Origin: Eledone cirrhosa
Lineage: Eukaryota
Direction of reading: 5' to 3'
Length of the DNA: 64,000 nt
NCBI GenBank assembly: GCA_964016885.1
Contig: OZ024745.1
Span: 133,114,001-133,178,000 of the forward strand
Shown: positions 53,925-64,000 of the stretch, piece by piece
Numbering within the stretch: position 1 is the first letter of the stretch
Layout: each line of letters starts with the position of its first letter
Notes under the pieces: model-generated
What the model was told of the DNA's origin: nothing
The model's database searches: none
Seen by the model: only the letters and a program-made list of their open reading frames with translations
Position numbers and translations under genes: made by a program

Positions 53925-54060
53925 AAAGCCATCACTAGTCCAGTTATAGTTGGTGCAGTGGCCCCGATGGACAGGGGGAGATAACAAATACTTGGATCAT
54001 ATTCCAGGTAAATCTTATAAAAATAAAAATTCAAAGAATTGCCAATGTAATTTGGGGGAA
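53925..54060 (+). mobile_element. Old R4/Dong-like endonuclease C-terminal remnant
   Basis: PVIVGAVAPMDRG..KYLDHIPGK..KIQRIA aligns with PVVVGALGMIPKG..YISQIPGK..EIQKIV of family B. Confidence 0.6.
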
Positions 54061-54070
54061 AAAAAGAGCC

Positions 54071-54299
54071 TTAACCCTTTAGTGTTTACATTATTCTATA
54101 TATACTAATGTATTTTCACAGTAAAGGCTTTACCTCGCATAATTATCTCACATAATATCGAATCAACGTGATTTTCATGTTATTTATTTTGAGAACAATA
54201 CCTTAACATCAGTATGAACGGGCAGGTACGGCTGGTTTGAACAGAAAGAGGTTAGAGAATTCTGGCCGGATATGGCTTGTTTAAATGCTAAAGTGTTAA
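54071..54299. mobile_element. TTAA-flanked MITE (piggyBac-type ends)
   Basis: TTAACCCTTTAGTGTTTA ... TAAATGCTAAAGTGTTAA: imperfect TIRs with TTAA on both sides. Confidence 0.75.
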
Positions 54300-55832
54300 G
54301 TTTTGTATGTGACACATCGATGGACAAACGTTTGCACTGTATCCATGATATTTTGTATTCGATTCTGTCTTTAAATATGCATACATCTGTAAATGATGTA
54401 ATATCGTAAATAGTCTAATTGGTTTTATTGACTATACGTGACTGTAAATATTGTATAGAGACTGTTAGAATCTATATATATTCTCACTGTATGTCGCTAT
54501 AACATGCATCTGTACAGCATGCTTTGGTTAATTGCCTTATCTAACAAAATATCAGATATTAATGGGGCAGACATCAGGTCCACGGAGAAGATGAAGAGGA
54601 TGCAGGAGAAGATGGAGGAGGAGGAAGGGGAGATGGTGTATGATTAGGAGGAGGAGGGAGGGGAATGGAGAAGAAGAAGAAAAAGAAGAAGAAGAAGAAG
54701 AAGAAGAAGAAGAGATTATATGTCTTGTGTGCTTCACATAAAATATTTTATTTTCCTGAAACAATCAGTTTCTGCGTCAATGTGAGTGACAATAAAAACT
54801 TGTAGTGGATTACTATTAAATATAAAAACGATACCATCCGACGAAAATGAGTTCTTGCAGGCTAGCTACGTAATTAACTCTTATAAATATAATTGAATAT
54901 TACAACTCACAATTGACGCATTACAATTTGGCATAGTATTTGCACATCTCATACTACGTGTAACGAACTATGGAAATATGGTCATAAACAATACAAAACA
55001 GTCTCCCTACAGAAAGTGACAAAATAATTTGAATAAACATAAACAGGATTAGGTTTTATAAAAATGGATAATGCACATTGAATTCCATGCCAAGAATTAC
55101 AGAAAAATAAAAACCGGTATTCGTTGGAAATGTGGACAATTTATATAAAGGACCGGGCATAAATCTTCAAGTTTCACAAATAAAATAGCAACTCCTTAAA
55201 TAAGATCTACAGATATTACACAATATATTCTACCAACTATCTTCTAGCAATTATATTCATATTTGCCTCGTCAAGTCTGATGCTACACTTGAGTACTCTT
55301 CAATGTACATATCACCGAAAATGACTCAACTTGAAAAATATACGAATTTCAGTGCCTAAATATACAACATCAGTTCCAGTTTGGTTATCATCTGAGATTT
55401 TATATCAGGTGGTTCTGTGCAATATAACATAACCAATATTGGTTTATGTTAGCTACAGATAAGTGAAGTTTAAAGGAGAACTGGTGGTAAATATCACATT
55501 CTCGGGAATAATAACAATGCAAATGAACTGAAGCTTGGTCTTGAGCTGCAAGTATATTGCAAGTATATTGTTCTCAGTCTCATATTTCATTAAATATGAC
55601 TTCTTGTAATGTAAATATAAACAAACAAGAACAATATTTAAACTAAATTATTTGTGAAAGGAAAGTTATATATTTAAATTCAATATAATATCGTAATTGC
55701 TCTACTTACATACGGATTACAAAAAAAGAGCAAATTCTTTAGCAATTAACTTGTCTGATCTACTAACATATGATAATACACATCAAATGTAATAATAATA
55801 ATACTAATAACAACAACAACAACAACAATAAC

Positions 55833-55866
<34 letters not shown>

Positions 55867-55868
<2 letters not shown>

Positions 55869-57720
55869 TAATTGTAGAATTTTTCAGGGTGACTCTTTAT
55901 CACCGCTTTTATTCTGCATCGCGCTTATACCATTAGGTAAAATGCTCAATGAAACAAAACATGGATATAGAGTCTATGACAAAACCAATAATCACTTGTT
56001 CTACATGGATGACCTGAAACTATTTGCAAAAAATGATGAACAGTTGCAAGGGCTATTATCCACTGTGGAGCAGTTCAGTGATGACATTAAAATGGAGTTT
56101 GGATTAGATAAATGCGCCAAAGCAACGTTCACCAGAGGAAAGCTGCTGAAGAGTTCAGACATTAATCTTGATCGGGGAAACGTGATAAGAGAACTTGATC
56201 AAGAAAAAACTTACAAATATCTAGGTGTTTGTGAAGGAGACGGAATCAAGCACTCGACAATGAGGGAAAGGATAAGGAAGGAATGTTACCGCAGAGTAAG
56301 AGCAATCTTAAGAACGGAATTGAATGCAAGGAATAGGATCGATGCCATAAACACGCTTGCCATACCAGCAGTAACCTACAGTTACAATGTCATCAACTGG
56401 TGAAGCACAGAGATCCGTAGGCTCGATTCAAAGATTCGAAAATTCTTAACCATGCACAGAATGCATCACCCTAAGTCAGATATAGATAGAATATATCTCC
56501 CTAGGAAAGAAGGAGGACGTGGGTTAGTCCAGTTAGACATTGCGTTGAAAACTGCAACAATTGGATTATCTACATATCTAAGGGAATCACATGATTGGAT
56601 GATCAAACTCGTTTTGAAACACGAAAGCATCAAAAGATCATATTCCATTACAAAAGATGCACAAAGATACAGTAATGGACTACAAATTTCAGAAGTCCCA
56701 TTTACTGCTGAAATGGAAAACACAGAAAAAGCAAAGCAGGTAAAAGTAACTGCAAAGAAAGAACTGCTACAGACACTGGCTAAGAAATGGCAAGAAAAGC
56801 CTCTGTATGGAAAATACCCAGAGCGAGCTAACAATCCTGATGTTGACAAAACTTTAACCCATCAGTGGTTGGCATCCTCTGGACTGAAATCGGAGACTGA
56901 AGGACTGATTATATCAGCACAAGATCAGTGTCTGCCAACAAAAAATTACCAAGCCAACATAATAAAAAATGGATGCAGCCCATTATGCCGTGTATGCAAA
57001 AAACAACCAGAGACCATTGACCATATAATTTCAATGTGCAGTCCTATAGCTCCAACCCAATACCTAAACAGGCATGACAGAGCTGCACAATACATACATT
57101 GGATAATGTGTAAGCATTTTGACCTGCCCCATCAAAAGAATTGGTGGCAGCATCAACCACCTTCCATACTTGAAAAAGATCAATTCTCAATCTTGTGGAA
57201 CTTTAGCATCACAACAGACCGAAAAATAGATGCAAATAGACCTGATATAATATTGAAGGACTTTCAAAGGAGGGTATGCCTGCTAATTGATATGTCTGTT
57301 CCAATAGACAAGAATGTATCTATAAAAACATTTGAAAAATTGAGCAAGTATAAGGACCTGGTGATAGAAATTGGAAAAATGTGGAAATTGAGAACTAAAA
57401 CAATACCAGTGGTTGTAGGCGCTCTGGGAATGATACCTAAGGGGTCTAATGATTACATATCGCAAATCCCAGGAAAGCCGCGTATAGGAGAAATACAAAA
57501 GATAGTACTAATGGGAACTGCCCATATACTAAGGAAGATTCTGTCAATATAAGTACATCACAAGTCTAAACACTAAAGATGCATGTGTGAATATGTATGT
57601 TCTTTCTTGAACATGGCGGACCTTGTTGTCTCTTGAGGTCACTGGTTGTGACTTGGTGATAACTCGTATGAACATAAAGCAAGATAAATGCAACTATAAT
57701 AATAATAATAATAATAATAA
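55867..57720 (+). mobile_element. 5'-truncated R4/Dong-like RLE LINE (family B), one reading frame with a single stop at 56401-56403
   Basis: IFQGDSLSPLLF, FYMDDLKLF, YKYLG, CRVC..H....C, RHD and RPD..D..KY motifs; ORF ends 57552; (AAT)n on both sides; peptide nearly identical to the 19333-21010 copy. Confidence 0.97.
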
Positions 57721-58483
57721 TCAAAATATAAATACACAAGTAGAAAACGGTATTACTTCAAGATTATGTTGCATTTCAATTACAAATATTGCTTTAATTC
57801 TGTTTTTACTTTATTGTCTATTAACATGTATGTTGACGTACACGAATGGTAGGTAATTTCCTATAATCAGGGCAAGTGTGTATATGTTTGGTTGTGTCAT
57901 TGCAATCATTATTCTTGTTTATCGATGACTTAACTATCTTTTTATCTGACAATTATTATTGAATATATTTCCGTTGTCTATAGTCAAAATTATTGATTCC
58001 CATATAAGTCGATCATGTGTAATTGGGTCAATCTTTTATTTATGCAAAAGGACATGTTTAAATCTAAAATATTTTCGTTGCATTTTACAAGAACATTATT
58101 CTTTTAACTTGAACTTAATATTTTATATCTAATAATAAATATATAGGGGCTATTTACGAGAGAGTATTTCGAAAATATGTGATGCAGATCGTAAGCATTG
58201 ATACGAGTACTTTGTCATGCTCTTTGTTTTTTATTTAGTTTTAAATCTTTTCTGTATTAGTCGAAATTTATAATGAATTTCTATTTTAAACTTTTTTAAC
58301 TGAAGAAGTAGATAAATGCGTTAGAATGCTCCAAATGTCTTCTCCTAGGAGCAGATATTTAATGAGAGTTAGGTCTATCCAATCGAGAGTAAATACATAA
58401 TTTTGTTTTTCCAAATTAATTTCACAATCAACTTTTAATCAGATAACACGACAGCAGGACAAGCATGATCTATAGTCATCGGG

Positions 58484-58604
<121 letters not shown>

Positions 58605-58923
58605 TTGAGAAGTGACACACGTGTTGATATGTATAATAGTAAAATAAGAAAAACAGTAAAATTGCTAATGCGATTATCTCATAGAATAACTGCAAAACAT
58701 TTACAAAAAATGAATTTATCGTACCGGTTTCAGCCAAAGGTTGTTGGGCTTCTTCGTAGTAGAGGTGTATAATAACATTTATAATAGAGTTAACGTGTAT
58801 ATTAATAAGAATATGGTATGAAAAAACATGCTTTGCATACATATATATAGAAGAGTTCCCATTTTTGTTTATCGCATTCTCTCTTTTTCTCTTCTCCTTG
58901 ATGATGTTGACTACAACTACAGA

Positions 58924-58989
<66 letters not shown>

Positions 58990-60064
58990 TTGCGAGCACA
59001 CATCAAACAAAACACTATACACACACGCAAACGCATGCGCACAGAAGACAAAATAAAATAAACAAATAAATAAATATATAGACAGACTAAATAAAGATAG
59101 CGTAGACAATACAATGCAACGGGAGGAAACAATAGCACCCCTGACGATGTTGCAGATGTGCAACGAAAGAACTTTGATAAACTATATATATGTGTTTGTG
59201 TCTATATTGTATCTGTATTATTGACCGTTGGTTAGTCAAAGGCATCATTGAGGACCGAATAAATTAGATTACCGATATAAAAGACACAGAAGCGACTAGC
59301 GAAATCCAACCAAACAGTGAGTGTGTTCTGTTATTAATTCTGGTAATATTACACAAATATGACCCTCCCCAAGTATAACAATATATATACTATATATACA
59401 ATATATACTAATGCGAAATATAGTCCATATTTAATGATAGATAAAAAACGGAAGTCACGAAAGTATGATTCGTTGAAAAAACTACAAGATAAAGGACGAA
59501 TGAGTCATTAAAATTCGCGGCTATTGTTTCCCGATTGTTAAAGGTATGCTTACTTTTTTCTCTGGGTGCATGTTCACTATTAGATATGCGTGCGTTTCAT
59601 GTTGCTTATATGTCTGATAAAATTGTCTATGTATCAGGCATGAGTTTATATATGTGTGTGTTTATGTGTGGTTTTTTTATCGCATAGTTTGAATGTGCGT
59701 CAGATTTTATAACATATATATGCCATGTAGATATGTCTAATTCTGTGCATATGTATGTTTCGTACATGAAGCCGCCTGCGTTTCAATTGATAGAAGAGAT
59801 AGCAGTCTTTTCTTCTGACGTCTTCAGCTTCCGGAGAGCAATGGATGTTATTTCAGGTTTGGTCTCTTAGGCTTAAGGGTAGATTCTAAGTTGCGAATTA
59901 CTGCATTTAAAAATATCGAAGTACAAGAAAAAGATCATTAACGATTTTGAAATTTAATAGAATACTAGAGCACCTGTGAATCGTAGGATCACGTTCACTT
60001 AAAAATAATTTTTAAATAATTAAAATATATAGACATGTATTTAATATAAAATGAAATCGGAAGG

Positions 60065-60461
<397 letters not shown>

Positions 60462-60814
60462 AAAGAATAGAGGTGTAACACACAAGTTATTATATATTGG
60501 TAAACGGAATAGAAAATGCTGACAAATTGTTCACAGTTGAAAAATGGTTTAATTAGGAATAAAAGAGTATCAGTAATTGTATGGGTTAGTATTCAGTTGC
60601 GGTTTTAAGTTTTTAAGTTTTTACCGGTTGCGCATTTCTAAATGCTTTTCAAAAGTAATTTTGAGATAGAGTGTCCGTGTTGTTTGCTCTGATCTGATTA
60701 GTTTTGGGAATTCTACTTGTTTTTATGTTAAAAAAGTGGCTCCAGCGTTATTTTTGTGTTGCAAAAATTCTTGTGGTCAAAACAATTTTGATTGGTCGGT
60801 AGAGGTCATGTGAA

Positions 60815-60880
60815 TTACCCAGTACATTACTGGCACTGTGTTTTATCGACCCCGTAAGGATGAAAGACAAAGTTGACCTC
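60815..60880 (-). mobile_element. SINE body fragment
   Basis: CCCAGTACATTACTGG..TTTTATCGACCCCGTAAGGATGAAAGACAAAGTTGACCTC matches the other SINE copies. Confidence 0.8.
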
Positions 60881-62169
60881 AATGAATGAATATTACATAA
60901 TTTATATACTAAATTTCGTTATTCTTGATTAAATATAAATAAGATTCACTTCTTTAAAATTTTCAAATGTCAACACTTCCGGTTAGTGAGCGCTTAAATA
61001 AACATTCATATATTTCCGTCATTAATTTTCAGTTAAAATGCAGTTTATATATAATATCGTTTTTTTTATGTATCATGGATCACGTTACTGATTACATAGG
61101 ACAGAGTAACGCAGTCTTTGTTCAAATGCTGTGTATATTGTCAATTACAATTTTATTTGATTTATCATATATACTTGCGTATAATATCAATATACACACT
61201 TCACTCGAAGGGTGGTTTTTCTGCTAGTTTGATATAATAAAACACTGTAACGCCATGACATCGATTACTCCCCTTCAATAATTACGTCTCACTTTTGTTA
61301 AACAAAATAAAATATCAGTTTATTAGTTAGTAAATAGTGGAATTGATTGTATATTACCTAAAATATATTTATATTTTTATTTACCTATCGCAATGGGAGC
61401 AAATGTTAAATATGAAATAGTATTATGGATTTGTAATGTTCGAAATCACTTCTTGTAAATTTGTAAAGCTATGAATAGTGGATTCTGTAGAGTGATTGAT
61501 TAGACAACATTCCTCTCTCTGTTTAAACTTTACTAACATAACATGTGTCATTCAATTCTCTTTGTTCAATAAACTATGGCCCAGTAATGAACTGTAGTCT
61601 GTTTATTGACCGCATCAACAAAATATATTTATATGAGTCATCATTAAAAATCAATGCGTAAAAGTGAACGATATTATATTGCATAGAAAATATTTGTTAC
61701 TTTTTCCAGATTGAAGCGAATAGCACAATATTTATAACACTTGCATGAATGATATAAAAATCTTCTCTTGTGTTTATAATCGAAGCGAGAAAATATTTGC
61801 ATTTATGATTTCATTTTGTCATTGGTGTATGGAGAGTTTTTAATGATATAGTTAGAGTCAATGAAATAATAGAAATCAATCACAGAACAATATATAGAGG
61901 GTTTGTTTATGACATGGGCACTATTAAATATTCATATTTTCACATGTAACATACTGTTACTAAAGATATGATATAAACATCAATGTTTTACGTCAACACA
62001 GATATTTTGAAAATAAAACAAAAGCATGTACATATGTAATTATGGGCCTGTCAATGAGATGCCGGATCCTGAGCACATATCTTCCCATCATCAGCCACGG
62101 CTTGAACAGCTCTCCACGTAGTTGGTGTGAACATCAGATAGACCTACCAACCATCGGAGCACGTCCCTT

Positions 62170-62692
62170 TTACAAAGGGTAAGAGACCAGCTCACAAGCC
62201 AAGGCTCCGATTCAAGGATTGTGTAAAGGGCTCATTTAAAAAAACTAGTTTGATGATGGCTGACCTGGAGATAGAAGCTCTTGAGAGAGAAGCTTGGCGC
62301 GGAATGGTGAATGATGAGGTCCATAATTTTGAGGATAGATGCATAGAGCACGAGAGGATCAAAGCGGATGTGCGTAAGCAATGCCCTGATGTATCTCTCG
62401 AAATGATCTGTGTCTCATTGAATTGAAGTGCCATGAGTGTGGAAAAATTTGCTGGAGCCACAGTCACAGCCATGTTCGAGGAGAATCAGTGAATTATGAT
62501 CTCCACGGTGTTGTGATGGTTCACAGACAACCTGATACAAGATCTCAGGGAGATCCATAGTTGTGGTCAGTGTGTGAAGGAGTGCAAATCTCTAGCAGGT
62601 TTGAACAGCCATATCCGAGCGTCACACATCTGAATCTGACAAACGATTGCAATACTTTTAGCAGAGATTTCAGTCATCATGTATGTATGTAT
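62170..62692 (+). mobile_element. RTE-clade LINE 3' fragment (family 2) with C2H2 fingers
   Basis: GKRPAHKPRLRFKDCVK, CHECGKIC and CGQCVKECKSLAGLNSHIRASH; tail CAGTCATCAT(GTAT)n. Confidence 0.85.
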
Positions 62693-62811
62693 CATAGAAG
62701 AATGTTCTATAAACAACACGGTTTACTCATTATCTACATAGGTATATATGACAACCATGTTGAATTATAGTCCTTCTTGTTGCAGACTTATTAATAGAAA
62801 AACATGAAAGG

Positions 62812-62868
<57 letters not shown>

Positions 62869-62869
62869 T

Positions 62870-64000
62870 TAGGACCCCGACGGCTGGAGTCATGACTCTT
62901 CTTCTATTACCCACTATACTACCCTAAGTATTGAGTGTTCTGGTGCGTTATAGTCCACATCATACGCGATTTTAACAATAGCATTCCTAGAGGAATTCAT
63001 GGTTAATTAACATCTATATCGCAATACAGCGTAAATATGCAAGAGTTAATTATCTCTTACTCTACGTATGTTTTGTAGTTACTTAATTGGTGAAATATAT
63101 TAAAATAGTGTTCTAAAGGAACTAATAACTAAAGTGTGTAACTGAGAAACCACAGACACCTTATCACCCTTCCCATTATTAGGTTTACAGTTTACACTAT
63201 CATTTCAGAAACATCTTAAATAATATGTGAATGGCTGAAAGATAAAATCCAGATACTATATAAACTTGTATACGTGTGATATACGACTGAAGAATCCCAC
63301 TTACAGCATTTGCCTTACAACGAGGAACAATTATTTTGATCCCATACGTTGATCTACAATAAAAATAGATATCGAATTAGCAATCATTGGTGATTTCAAT
63401 AAATATAAATACCAAAGAAAACCAGAATTATTTAAGAGCTCGAGACAAGACCTCGATTATTAGGAATAATACTGCAATTATCGAGAAACGATTTTAGAAC
63501 ATGATTTTAGTTTTCTTTTCATTAGTTGCAAAACAGTCAAAGAACTTTGAAACACAGAGATTATCAGCTCTATTGGTATTTCTGAGATAGCTACAAAGTA
63601 ATTTCATTAGAATAAACAATTGATAATTGAACGTTAACTACGTTTAGTACTGAAAGGAAATAATAAAAAAATATATAAGAAAGAAGAAAAGGAAAAAACT
63701 AAAACATCAAAATTATTAAGAAGGCATTTTCAATGATGGATAGGAAAATAGAAGATGAAACCACTGAATGAGAAATATTAAACGAGAAATTATCATTGCT
63801 ATTCCAATCATTTATAAAAATAGTCATTTCTGTTTTGTTTTCAATCATATCAGACACAAAGAAACCATTATAAAATGATTTATCTAACCAATACAGAAAC
63901 AATCCAATTTTGTTTGAAATTATAAATTTGATAAAAATATATTACAACAATAACATCCACAATTCACTAAAAGGAATAACTTAAATATTAACAAAATTTA
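62870..64000 (+). mobile_element. Possible heavily decayed Penelope-like sequence
   Basis: Scattered KPTDT, IPYV and KSSRQ-like pieces; no continuous frame. Confidence 0.3.

Noticed and set aside
59240-59325. Possible exon ending at a CA|GTGAGT donor
   Set aside because: Weak acceptor and a stop codon in the only plausible frame.
59768-59835. Minus-strand GAAG-CUGAAGA...GAAACGCAGGCGGCUUC
   Set aside because: No NUH triplet in position and no clean stem II.
63699-63902. 67-aa ORF with hydrophobic C-terminus (GPI-like exon or NUMT?)
   Set aside because: Non-ATG start, in-frame stop shortly upstream, no recognisable motif under standard or mitochondrial code; lies in decayed AT-rich sequence.

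Overview
AT-rich, repeat-dense eukaryotic (metazoan) non-coding DNA. The long (TA)n/(CA)n/(GA)n tracts and the SINE/LINE families present suggest a cephalopod (Octopus-like) genome; this is inference from recalled family motifs, not a database result. No intact host gene, tRNA, rRNA or CRISPR array is supported, and most ORFs in the track are microsatellite read-throughs or antisense to LINEs. Contents: a ~5.5-kb 52-bp tandem array with a 1395-bp higher-order duplication; a 20 x 42-bp array; a (GGT)n-derived array; a stack of RTE-clade elements nested in (TGTA)n; R4/Dong-like RLE LINEs in (TAA)n (two closely related copies in opposite orientation); Tx1-like, CR1-like, Penelope-like and probable Helitron remnants; tRNA-derived SINEs; a TTAA-flanked MITE; and a 1.5-kb fold-back element with a microsatellite expanded in one arm only. 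The most interesting signals are a canonical minimal hammerhead ribozyme core at 48668-48705 plus a family of hammerhead-like variants nearby, microsatellite-specific targeting by different retroelement clades, a twin-priming-type inversion in an RTE-related element, and a decayed cadherin-like segment near 1.9 kb. I do not see convincing evidence for a new multi-gene system. Coordinates of decayed elements are approximate.
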